Source: Squalus acanthias
Lineage: Eukaryota
Direction: 5' to 3'
NCBI GenBank assembly: GCA_030390025.1
Contig: CM059432.1
Span: 138,014,001 to 138,078,000 of the forward strand
DNA: 64,000 nucleotides
In this document: piece by piece, positions 51,580 through 63,438 of the stretch
Numbering within the stretch: the first letter of the stretch is position 1
How the letters are laid out: each line of letters starts with the position of its first letter
The notes under the pieces: model-generated
The model's input: only the letters and a program-made list of their open reading frames with translations
The model's database searches: none
What the model was told of the DNA's origin: nothing
Position numbers and translations under genes: made by a program

Positions 51580-52039
51580 CCCCGATTTTAGCACTCGCTG
51601 CTCCAGAAACGAGGCCCAGGCTATTTTAACTCCTGGGCCTCAATTAAATATAGCCGGTGGACTCCCCCACTGCCCCCCGCCCTTTCTGGGTGGGAAGTCG
51701 GTGGGAGGCTGCCCGCCAACACCAGGTAGGTGGTGGGATCTACTTTGGGAGGCCGTCTTGTGTGGGAACGGGAGGAGGGGGGTAGGTGCGGGAGTCCTCG
51801 ACAGGGGAGGCCTAAGCCTTCCTTGCGGGGCCAGGAGGAGCACTTTCTTGGGCCCCACAAGGAAAGTAAAGTACGATGACCTGTTCGGGCCTCTTCTGGC
51901 CCCCTGGCCCCTCTTACCAAACTCAGGCCGCCAGTTAAAATTGCAGTCGGGTCCCAATGATATCATCAGGGCACGACGTGCCTACGTAAAGAAGGACCCC
52001 TCCGGCTTTGGGCGGGTGTTCCTTGCCGCCTGCTCAAGC
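51580..52039. mobile_element. Degraded GC-rich MITE
   Basis: Ends ccgatttta / taaaattcgg; internal similarity to pieces at 3840-4020 and 4600-4860. Confidence 0.5.
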
Positions 52040-52974
52040 AGAACAGGTTAAAATTCGGAGTGGTGAGTTCTTGGCACTGATATTAACTGTCGAGCTGCCC
52101 CGGTTTCCACCGGATGGGTAGGGTTATAATAAACCCCTGCCGCCCCCCCCCCCCCCCCCCATCTCCCTCCCCGCCACATGTCTTTGTAGATGCTGGGTAA
52201 TGGACAAGATTGGGTTTGGATGTGAAGGTCGCCAGAGTTGAATAGCCGGTCGCCACTCACCAATGCGAGCTGTAGGAGAAGAAAGATAAGGCAAGACTGA
52301 GAAAGAAAAAAATTGAATGTGTGGATAGTTTAGCCGGCCTCAGCATAAAGAATATCTTAAAATAAGTTATGGATTGTGAGGATTATCCGGGATGAAATTC
52401 TTTAAAAGGATCCGGCATAGCTTTACGTAACAGTCAGGAAGCAGCAGAAATTACCACAAGCAGGAGACCAAATGATCGAAATCCTCCAGAACGACACATT
52501 CGTGCATGAATGGGCACAAAAAAAACTATTTGACTTGATTTAAATTGAAGAAAAAAACCCAGCTTGTGCTAAATTGATCAATATTTCTGACTAAAGATGT
52601 AATCAATTTCTCGTCAGCCTTTGAGAAAACAATGCCTACAGTCACACAAGGGAGGGAACTTGGGGAAAAAATATATGTACACAATAAAGAAGTCAGTCAG
52701 GCAAAATGTAGTAACCTTTCCGCTTCTGAGGTGAGATTAATGAAGTCAGTCACACAGAACAAATACACAGAAATCACAGTTGTTCTCGTCTCAAGTTGGC
52801 TGTCCAGACTCCATTAAAATTAACTCGCTACACATCCCTTACTTGATTATGCTTTTGCGGCGGGCTCTTTAGTTTAATGGTTCAGACAAGGCGTACTGGT
52901 TAAAGAAACTGCGCTTCTGGTTTTGCCTAATGGCTATTCTCATTTCCCTCATTTCTCCTGAAGGCAGCGACTTA

Positions 52975-53420
52975 AGCCGAGGCTCAGTGGGTGTCACTCT
53001 CGCCTCCGAGTCAGAAGGTCGTGGGTTCAAGTTCCACTCCAGGGACTTGAGCGCAAATTCTAGGCCGACACTCCCAGTGCAGTGCTGAGGGAGTGCTGCA
53101 CTGTCGGAGGAGCCGTCTTTCGGATGAGATATTAAACCGAGGCCCTGTCTGCCCGCTCAGGTGGATGTAAAAGATCCCATGGCACTATTTTGAAGAAGAG
53201 CAGGGGAGTTATCCCCGGTGTCCAGGCCAATATTTATCCCCCAATCAATATCACTAAGAACAGATCACGTTGCTGTTTGTGGGAGCTTGCTGTGCGCAAA
53301 TTGGCTGCCGGGTTTCCTACATTGCAACAGTGACTACACTTCAAAAATTACTTCATTGGCTGTAAAGCTCTTTGGGATGTCCGGAGGTTGTGAAAGGCGC
53401 TATATAAATGCAAGTTCTTC
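52975..53420 (+). mobile_element. Full-length Deu-type SINE
   Basis: GGCTCAGTGG A box, GGTTCAAGTTC B box, body, L2-type tail. Confidence 0.9.
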
Positions 53421-53970
53421 CTTTATCTGAGGCTTCATAATCTTCATAGTCTGATCTTGTCCTCACTCAGTCTTTTCCAGGGAGCGGACTTAGAGCCTTC
53501 CCGGTCTGTATGACGCAGTGACTTGCCACAGAGTGCATACACTGATTGAGCTGTTGGGATGGGGAGCATAATCCCAGGTACAAACCTCCCCTCCCCCACC
53601 GCCGACGCCACCCCCCACCATCCCCGCTGATCCCTGACAGCCGCCTGTATTGGGACAATGGCGCTGACGGTTCGCCATCACCATAGATGTCAATTACAAA
53701 GGCCGCTTAAAACCGTGTTAAGTGGGCCGACTATTTTGGGCAGTTCCAGCAGCTGTTCAGGAGTACCTTCTGTCTGACCCCCCATCCACTGCCCCTTGCC
53801 CTGCAGCACTTTGCTAATGTGCATTGGTAAAAAAGGAATCTAGTCGAGTAGCTTCTTCAGAGAACTCGAGACTGTCAGACCAGAAAGACTTGCATTTCTA
53901 TAGCAACTTTCACTTCCTCAGGACTTCCCAAAGCGCTTCGCAGGTAGTTAACAGGCAGATAAGAGGAAAA

Positions 53971-54793
53971 GGGCTGGATTTTCTCAATGGGGAGCTTTTG
54001 GAGGCGGGACTCCCACTTGTCGGGTTTCAGTCCCGCCTCCATCAACTTCTGGCCAACCCACGCTATTTTCCCTTGATTGATCTTGTTGAGCCCGCCCAGC
54101 GGGTTTAGCAGGACAATTAAGGGAAGCCGGTTACAGAGAACGTCAGCGTATGACGTTTCATCTGTCAGAAATGTTTGACAGATGAATTGTCATCGTTTGA
54201 CAGCTCGGTGAAGCTGTCAAACACTGACATTCTCCATAGTTTGATTAGTTCTTGAATTCAAGACTCATCAAACCTCCTTCTTTTGCAGAAATTAGATGGT
54301 TGTTGCATTGGAGAATGCAGCGGCCATCTGTCATCTCTGCCGCGGAGGTGCGAGACTCTCCGTATACCCAACGATTGAAGCCTGCAGGAAGAAACAAAGG
54401 TAAGTAAACTTTTACTAACACTTTCCACTCACCTCACATACTCACCTCTCCACACTTGCACCCATCACTTACCTTCACAGCGCACTTTTGCACCCCTCCG
54501 ACCCTCGCAGACCCCCTACTCGCCTCGGTGACCCTGGCAGGGTTCGGAGCCTTCGGGAAGCCCACACTTGTGTGGGCAAAATGGGGATAATCCTCTTATC
54601 TGCCTGTTAACAGGCAGATAAGTGGCACTAATCCCCTTCCCGCCTCCAAGGAGACGGGACCTGGCGCGGGTCGGTTACCCGCCTCCTGGCAAGATGGCAC
54701 GGAGGCAGGTTGGGCACCCGCCCCCAAATTCTACCATTTTCCCGGCAGTCCCGCCTCCATACCCGCCTCCCTAGGGCTGGCAAGATTGTGCCC
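53971..54793 (+). mobile_element. MITE family B copy 3 inside a SINE (53883-55175, -)
   Basis: GGGCTGGATTTT / AAGATTGTGCCC ends; SINE tail on the left, SINE body and head on the right. Confidence 0.85.
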
Positions 54794-55494
54794 ATAGTCA
54801 CTGTTGTAATGTAGGAAACATGGCAGCCAATTTGCGCACAGCAAGATCCCACAAACAACAATGTGATAATGACCAGATAATCTGTTTGTTTGTGATCTTG
54901 GTTGAGGGATAAATATTGGCCAAGACTCAGGGGCGAACTCGCCTGCTCTTCTTCGAAATAGTGCCATGGGACTTTTTCTGTCCACCTGAGAGGACTGACG
55001 GGGCCTCGGTTTACCGTCTCATCCAAAAGACGGCACCTCCCACAGTGCAGCGCTCCCTCAGTACTGTACTGGGAGTGTCAGCCTAGATTACGTGCTCAAG
55101 TCACTGGAGTGGGACTTGATCCCACGACCCTGTGGCCCAGAGGCGAGAGCACCACCGTCGAACTAAGGCTGACACCTTGGCTCAGTGGTAGCACTCTCAC
55201 TGTCGAACGGGAAGGCCATGAGACACAAGCCCCACTCCATTTAAGGACTGAGACAGAATTAAAGAAGTCAGTGCCTTGCTGTATCTTCGACGAGAATGCT
55301 TCATTTTTGTCATAGATTTATTGAAAACAATATGAAGCAAGATCTTATGAGGAAGCTACTGTTATAATTAGACCTCTCATTGGCTTCCACTCCACAAACG
55401 CCTCAAATATAACATGCTCATCCACTTTCCGAGGAAATTAGGGATGTGCATGAAATGTGGCCTCGTCAGCGACAATCTTGTAGACTTGATTTGC

Positions 55495-55840
55495 TCTCCG
55501 TAAACTTGAGCTCATCCAAAACTCTGCTGCCCGTATCCTAACCCTCACCAAGTCCCGTTCACCCATCACCCCTGGGCTCGCTGACCTAGACTGGCTCTCT
55601 GTCTGGCAGAGCCTCGATTTAAAAATTCTCATCCTTGTTTTCAAATCCCTCCATGGCCTCCCCCCCCCCCCCCTCACCCTCCCTATCTCTGTAACCTCCT
55701 CCAGCCCTACAACCCTCCAAGATCTCTGCGCTCCTCCAATTCTGGCCTCTTGTACATCCACGATTTTCATCACTTCACCACTGGCGGGCGTGCCTTCAGC
55801 GGCCTAGGACCTAAGCTCTGGAATTCCCTCCCTAAACCTT
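55495..55840 (+). mobile_element. L2-clade LINE fragment
   Basis: Family match. Confidence 0.85.
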
Positions 55841-55845
55841 CCACA

Positions 55846-56490
55846 TTAAAAATGAGTTCTCAGGTGACTGATGAGTCCAATGCGGGACCTACAGTCTCTG
55901 TCACAGGTGGGACAGACGGTGGTTGAAGGGGCGGGTGGGTGGAGTGCTTGGGTTGACGTGCGCTCCTTCCGCTGTTTGCGCTTGGCTTCCGCTTGCTCCC
56001 GGCGAAGAGGCTCGAGGTATTCGGCGCCTTCCTGGATGCTTCCCCTCCACTTTGTGCGGTCTTGGGCCAGAGATTCCCAGGTGTCGGTGGGAATGTTGCA
56101 CTTTTTCAAGGAGGCTTTGAGGGTGTCCTTGAAGCGTTTCCTCTGTCCACCTGGGGCTCTCTTGCCATGTCGGAGCTCCGAGTAGAGCGCTTGTTTTGGG
56201 AGTCTCGTATCGGGCATGCGGACGATGTGGCCCGTCCATCGGAGCTGATCGAGCGTGGTCAAAGCTTCGATGCTGGGGATGTTGGCCTGAGCGTGAACAC
56301 TGACGTTGGTGCACCTATCCTGCCAATGGATTGGCAGGATCTTGCGGAGGCAGCGTTGGTAGTACCTCTCCAGTGCTTTGAGGTGCCTGCTGTACATGAT
56401 CCATGTCTCTGAGGCATACAGGAGGGCGGATATCACTGCTGCTCTGTAGACCATGAGCTTGGTGCTGGGTTTGAGGTTCTGGTATAGCAT
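55846..56490 (-). mobile_element. RTE-clade LINE C-terminal fragment (214-aa open frame)
   Basis: TKLMVYRA..LLYASETW..QRCLRKIL..LRWTGHIVRM..CPTCDRDCRSRIGLISHLRTH (terminal C2H2-like finger). Confidence 0.92.
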
Positions 56491-57404
56491 GAAGCCAGCT
56501 CACATGCATGAAGCTGTGGCCAGTCCCGGCACACAACACCTAATGCATTTGATGTGCTCCGGGGGGGTGGTGGGGGGGTATCAAAGGTGCTGTATCTGGT
56601 GCCAGCTGCTAATTGCCTTTAAAGCTGTCCTGCTGGGGGGGGGGGGGGTGGTGGTGGGTGCGGGGAGTTGGGAGAGCGGTGAGCAAGTCAGTGAAATGGC
56701 TTTTGAAGGACAAGAGCTTAGTCAGGAGCTATGAGAGAGGAAGATGCGTGGAGATGGCTGAGAGAGGGAATGCTAAATGCTGTCTCACGTGTGTACTCCA
56801 CCAGTGAGCGAGAAATCTGCTGCTCTCGGGAAGGATGCCAAGCTATGTATATTGCTCATGTATTGCTTTGTTTTACAATCTTGCCTTACAATGCATCTCA
56901 ACAGCACTTCACTGACGGAGCATCATAGAGAGAGAATGCACTGACAGCTCTTCATGCATTTTCCAAGTGCATGGGGTATGCCCCATCTTTTAGCAGAGCA
57001 ATCAGCATTGCAGCCGCATCAAAACATCTGCCCTGTGGCCTGTGGAACACGACAAGGAACAAACATGGAAACAGAGACATAAGTTTCTTAATTCATGTTC
57101 TGACTGGGGGGTGGATGGAGACCTTGAACTCGGATTTACCACAGTTTGCCTTGTCTCGATTCACCATCAGATTGAGACAGCCATAACGACCTCATTGCTG
57201 TTCAGCAGTCTGCTCCCTAACAGATGTGTGACCATGATGAGCAAGTGACCGGCAGTAGCCGGAGACGGGGCAAATCCTGCGGTTATCTCTTAGGAGAAAG
57301 CCATATATCTATGTCACCCATCCATCCTCCTCAAATGACTCAATGTGGCAAGAGTGAACACACCCAGACAGCTACCACAGTAATACACATGGTGCCTGTA
57401 ACTT

Positions 57405-58540
57405 TACATCGAATTTACAGCGCAGGAATTAGACCATTCGGCCCATCCGGTCTATGCCGGTGTTTATGTTCCACACGAGCCTCCTCCCACCCTATTTCAT
57501 CTCACCCTATCAGCATATCCTGCTATTCCTTTCTCCCTCATGTGTTTATCCCGTTTCCCCTTAAATGCATCTCTGCTATTCGCCTCAGTCACCCCTTGTG
57601 GCAGCGAGTTCCACATTCTCACCACTCTCTGGGTAAAGCAGTAACTGCACGTACTTGTACACTGAAAACAGCACCTCAGACAGACTTGCGCTCATCTGAC
57701 ACACAACTGCTTTAGCCACTCATTACCAGATCTGGCGGGACCACATCAAGTGCTATCGGGCCTCACTCTCTTCTGCCAACGCCCTCGGCCCCCCCCCGCC
57801 ACACACACACATTTCTAGGATCATCCTGGAGAGCATTGATAGCCCCTAACTTCTCTTCTCCCCTACCAACTGTGCCTGAAAGGGCGGTGGAAGCAGATTC
57901 AATCGTAACTTTCAAAAGGGAATTGGATATATAGCAGGGCTCTGGGGGAAGAGCAGGGGAGTGGGACTAATTGGAGAGCTCTTTCAAAGAGCTGGCACAG
58001 GCACGATGGGCCAAGTGGCCTCCTTCTGGTTTGTAAGATTCTATTATGATTCTAAACCCCCTCTCTCCTGACCACTCCACCATCATCTCCAACAAGTGTG
58101 AGGAGCTCATAGACTTCTTTGTCCCTAAGATTGAGACCATCCAGTCAGCTGCCCCCAGGCTGCCCATCGACCCAGCCCTAAACCTGTGCTTTCTCTACAT
58201 TCTCTCCTATCTCCACTGTTTGGTTGAGGAAGGGATGTTGGTCAGGACACAGGAAGAACTCCCTGCTCTTTGAATAATGCCATGGGATTTTCTTATTGCC
58301 CATTATGGTGAAATGTTCAAATATCCAAGGAGAACAGGTTAAGAATTTGGAAGTTACAACAACAACAACTTGCATTTCTATAGCACCTTTAACAAAATAG
58401 TCGTCCAAAGGCACTTCAGTGATAGGCCGATGGAAAATTGCTGCCATACAAGTATGACATCGAGCCTACGGCACAGAAACAGGCCATTCGGCCCAACTGG
58501 TCTATGCCAGCGTTTATGCTCCACACGAGCCTCCTCCCAG
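57405..58540. mobile_element. Mosaic of short CR1, L2 and SINE fragments
   Basis: CR1 3' ends at 57405-57637 (-), 57870-58050 (+), 58465-58540 (-), with degraded L2/SINE pieces between. Confidence 0.7.
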
Positions 58541-59427
58541 TTAAAGGGGTTAGTTGGGAAGCCCTTGTTCATCTGAAGAGTTATGAATCTGAGGAAAACA
58601 CTGTCATGGAAGGCCATTGAACTGAACAGTATAAATAGATACGAGAGACAATTGGACATGTTTGTGAAGGAAGAAAGGATTGAAGAAGATGTGGTGAGAA
58701 GACAGATAATGGGGTTGAGCTACGGAAACCTGACAAGCCTAAAGACCTTTTTCCTGTAAAATTCAACGTAAACTTGGAACGAAGTCTTCATGGGAACCAT
58801 GTTCTTATTTCACCAGGAATACATATGTTTTTATTGTACGGAAAATGAGCTCTGTACAGATGCAGGAAGGTAGATAAAATGAATTCTCGTGAATGTGTAG
58901 GAAAAAGTATGAAGTGGTGAAGGAAACTAGAAAAATATCAGCGGGTAGTCTACAGGAAAAATCTGTTCACATTCTAGGAACGCTGGAAGCACCTGGATAG
59001 TTTACGGTTATATTTTTGATTTGCTGGGTCTTCTCACTTTCACGCAGTCTGTAATTTTTTTGGCACGGTTACCACAGGCTGGAAGTAATGTCCTAATAGA
59101 TATGGAGAACATTCCGTGCCACTTTGCACCAAACTCACAAATCCCCAGATTTCACATTCTGTTTTAATTTGGTACAAGGGATGGGTGGGAGGAGAGGAAG
59201 TTCAGACAACAGCTGTTTGTTGTGTGAATGGAATTTTTGCATCTAAATTCCTCCCAAGTCTGACATAACAAAGAAGAAAAATGTCCATTGCATGTCTTGG
59301 GATGGATCTCAGATTTCTTTTTAACAAACGCTACATTATGTACAAATATCACTCGAATAAGCGTACTCGGTGAAATGCAAAAACCTCTGTCCCACTCAGT
59401 TTATTTTCCCATGCCCTTGTCCTTAAT

Positions 59428-60318
59428 CGCACCAAGTCCCGTTCATCCATCACCTTCTAGCAACGCCTCAATTTTAAAATTCTCATCCTTGTTTTCAAAT
59501 CCCTCTGCAGCCTTGTCTTTCCCGATCTCTGTAACCTCCTCCAGCCATCCGAGATATCTGCGCTCCTCTAGCTCTGGCCCCTTGTGTGTCAGCTGTGGCT
59601 CAATTGGTAGCACCAGTCACCTCTGAGTCAGATAATGGCAGTGGGTTCAAGCTCCCACTCCAGAGACAGGAGCACAACAATCTAGCTGACACTCCGGTGG
59701 ATTACTACACTGTCATGGTGCCGTCTTTCAGATAAGACGTTAAACCAAGAGCCCCATCTGCTCTCAGGTGGATGTAAAAGATCCATGGCACTATTTCGAA
59801 GAAGAGCAGGGGAGTTATCCCCCGGTGTCCTGGGCTAATATTTATCCCTCAATCAACATCACTAAAACAGATTATCTGGTCATTATCACATTGCTGTTTG
59901 TGGGAGCTTGCTGTGTACAGATTGGCTGCCGCGTTTCCCACATTACAACAGTGACTACACTTCAAAAAAGTACTTAATTGGCTGTAAAGCGCTTTGGGAC
60001 GTCTGATGGTCGTGAAAGGCGCCATAGAAATGCAAGTCTTTTTTCCTTGAGCATCCCCGATTTCTATCGCTCCACCATTGGCGGCCGTGCCTTCAGCTGC
60101 CTTGGCCCTAAGCTCTGGAATTCCCTCCCTAAACCTCTCCGCCTCTCTACCTCTCTTTCCTCCTTTACGATGCTGCTTAAAACCCACCTCTTTGACCAAG
60201 CTTTGCCTAATATCTCCCTATGTGACTTGGTGTCAAATTTTGTTTGATAACGCTCCTGTGAAATGCCTTGGGACGTTTTACTGCGTTAACGGCGCTATAT
60301 AAATGCAAGTTGTTGTTT
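59428..60318 (+). mobile_element. L2 3' end split by a Deu-type SINE (59588-60045)
   Basis: L2 ..tctggccccttg | cttgagcatcccc.. flanks a full SINE. Confidence 0.85.
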
Positions 60319-60529
60319 TGCCTTTTTTTTCCTGACTTTCACTAATATTTTGTTTCCAGCTTTCCTTTTCTGTTCGTTCCTCTCTTACTGTTTATGTTAA
60401 ATCCTTGAAGGGGAGAAAATTTGCAGAGCTCTGGGGAAAGAGCAGGGGGTTGGGAGTGGGACCAATTGGATAGCTCGTTCAAAGAGCCGTCACAGGCACA
60501 AGGCCTCCTTCTGTGCTGTAAGATTGTAT

Positions 60530-61323
60530 GGGGGCGAAATTCAGTTACGCCCCGTTTGGGATCAGTAACCGAATTATCGCCGGAGATTTAGTGCCGGCGC
60601 GGAAGTATCGCCTGGCTGCTAAGTTTGGCTTACCGCCCCGGCGAGGAAGCGGAGCGCTATCTTGGGCGCTCCATTTCCTCTCGGGGCGGTGTCGGGGGTG
60701 CAAAGCGCGGTAGCGCCGGAGCGCTATGCAGCCATTCCGCATAGCGCTGACGCATTTCAGCGCCCCTCCCCTTCCGTTAAAGGAGAGGGACGCTGCGAGC
60801 TCTGCAGGGCCTCCGACGGCCCACACTAGCCCACCAGGACAGCGTGGTGCCGTGGCTGCAGCCCGGCAGCAAGACGCGGTACCGGGCTGTGCGATGACGG
60901 CCACGGACCACGCCAAGGGCCGCCACGGTGGGCCGACCTGGAGGTCAGCCAAAAAAAAAAAAAATGGCGGCGTGGGTCGTGGCCGCACCTCCCTTTAACT
61001 AGCGCCCCGCGAGCTGAGGTCGGCCCGGCTCGCGACCCACGAGGCTGGTGCTGACACCGCCCACGGCAGCCTTGCGGGGCGCAGCCAAATTTCTGCCGCA
61101 GGGCAGTAAGGGGTCGCGGCGCATGGCGATGATGTCATTGCCGACGGCGCAGTGGCCCGAGGCGTTACCGGCAGGGGCGCAGCGCTATTGGCTAGCACTT
61201 CAGTACCGCCCCGCCGAATTTCCCGGGAGGCGCTGCCCCCGCCCGGGCGATAAGCCCTTTGCGCCCCGTTAGCGCCCCCCGGAGGCGCTAACAGCAGGCG
61301 CAAGGGAGCCGAATTCCGCGGCC
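60530..61323. mobile_element. GC-rich Harbinger-type MITE (family A) at a CR1 tail
   Basis: GGGGGCGAAATTC / GAATTCCGCGGCC ends; GGCGCTA/TAGCGCC repeats. Confidence 0.8.
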
Positions 61324-61999
61324 TTTGTTTCCCTCTCATTGCGTAGCTGAGGGTAATTTTTTTTCACAAACTGGCAGGGATGCTCAAACCTTTCTCTTAC
61401 CAACATACAGGCAGAGATGTAGCCGCCAACTTACACAGACCGAGAAAGTAAACCACAAAAAGACTGAAGCGGATACCACCTTCCAGTGACTTTAAAGATT
61501 ACCACCGTATGATTGCAGATATATTGGGCGGTCGGGGAACGGGAACCTCTGCTAATTCTAGCATCCAACGGGAGTATTTGCAAAGAACAATTGCAGTGTT
61601 TTTGCAGTTCATTGCGTTTCACACACTAAATTCAAACACCGCACCCGAACACCCCACCTTACCTCTTTGTAATCAAACTCCCGGGAAGACTAGGATTTCC
61701 CAGAAATCTGTATTATACTACATCAAAACCGATAGCCAAATGCTGGAAGTTTCTAAAAGGATGTTGACTAAGATAAAATTCACAGCAATACCTGGTATGT
61801 AATACTTCCCATTAACTAAAATGAGCCGCTGTTAAGAATGAACGGCAAAATTTTTAAAGCATATGTTGAAGGTAGGATATTCGGAAGAAAATGGTGCATT
61901 TACATAATCTCCTTCCAAATACCCTATCTTTGCCATAATGTTAATTAAGCTCGCTGAAATGGTTGGCCTCTGCTGTTCTCCCAGATATGTTTTTTTTAC

Positions 62000-63438
62000 A
62001 CAGAATTACATCGAATGTACAGCACAGAAACAGGCCATTTGGCCCAATTAGTCCATGCTGGTGTTTCTGCTCCACACGAGCCTCCTTCCACCCCTCTTCA
62101 TCTCACCCTATCAACATATCCCTCTATTCCTTTCTCCCTCATGTGTTTATCTAGCTTCCACTAAAATGCATCTATGCTATTCACCTCAATTACTCCTTGT
62201 GGTAGCGAGTTCCACATTCTAACCACTCTCTGGGTAAAGAAGTTTCTCTGGAATTCCTTATTGTATTAATTTGTGACTATCTTATACTTATGACCCCATG
62301 TTTTGAACTTCCCCACAAGTGGAAACATCTTCTCTACGTCTACCCTATAAAACCCTTTCATAATTGTAAAGACCTTTATCACGTTACCCCTCAGCCTTCT
62401 CTCTTCTAGAGAAAAGAACCCCAGCTTATTCATTCTTTCCTGATAGTTAACCTCTCAGTTCTGGTATCATCCTTGTAAATCTTTATAGCACCATCTCCTG
62501 TGCCTCTACATGCCTTTTATAATATGGAGACCAGGGGCTGGATTTTGAATGACCCATGGAGTCGGGGTTTCCGACCCCATCCCGACTCCATCCCGCCTCC
62601 ACGCAATTTTGACAAAATCAGTCGCGGGGTTCCCGACTCTGTTCCGCCTCCAAGAGGCGGGAGAGGCCATTAAAGCCCTTAACAAGCTCTAAATTGGCTC
62701 TGTAATGCCATTTTGAAACGTTTTAGCTAGTTTAACCCTTTTCTGACGTGAAGTACGCCTGGTGTGAAACACGCCAGTGAAACCTGGTGGGAGCACAAGT
62801 GGATAGCTGTCTATCGGCTGCAGGTCCACTATTACAACGGAGATGTGATGAAGGTAGTAGTAGTATTAGGTCTGAAAGTCGCCTCTGATGCTGCTGCATT
62901 GAATGTCTTCAGAGACCTGTTGCAAAAAAAATCTCTCTCTCTCTCTCCTCCCATTTTTGCATCCAGGTCCACTCACATCAAAAGCAAGCCAGGCAGGTCC
63001 TCTCTCACCAACAGTCTCTGAGACTAAGCAGTCAGAAATGATGACATCATCAGAGGCGACTTTCAGACTGAAAACACTAATTAGTTCCTGGGTTCCCACA
63101 TGCTCCAACTCAATTGCCCAATTAAGTGAAAATTGCATCAGGCATCCACATTAATCTGGAGTCGGGGGGGTTACACGAAATACGGATTACACGACCCCAA
63201 CCCGACCCAAGACAAAATCCAGCCCCAGAACTGTGCACAGTACTCCAAATGTGGTCTAACCAAAGTTCTATACAAGTTTAACATAGCCTCTTTGCTGTTT
63301 AATTCTATTGCTCTAGAAATGAACCCCAGTGCTTTGTTTGCATTTTTTATGGCCTTGTTAAGCAGCATTGCTACTTTTAATGATTTGCGAATCTGCACCC
63401 CTTTATCCCTCTGTTCCCCTACCTCATTTAGACTCTTA
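62000..63438 (-). mobile_element. CR1 fragment carrying two MITE insertions
   Basis: CR1 3' end plus ALGFISRAIE..LYRTLVRPHLEYCAQFW (ORF 63171-63479). Confidence 0.9.
62535..63225. mobile_element. Harbinger-type MITE family C copy 1
   Basis: Perfect 13-bp TIR GGGCTGGATTTTG / CAAAATCCAGCCC, TSD CAG. Confidence 0.9.

Noticed and set aside
52978..53045. tRNA gene
   Set aside because: A/B boxes are the SINE head and continue into the SINE body; no complete cloverleaf.
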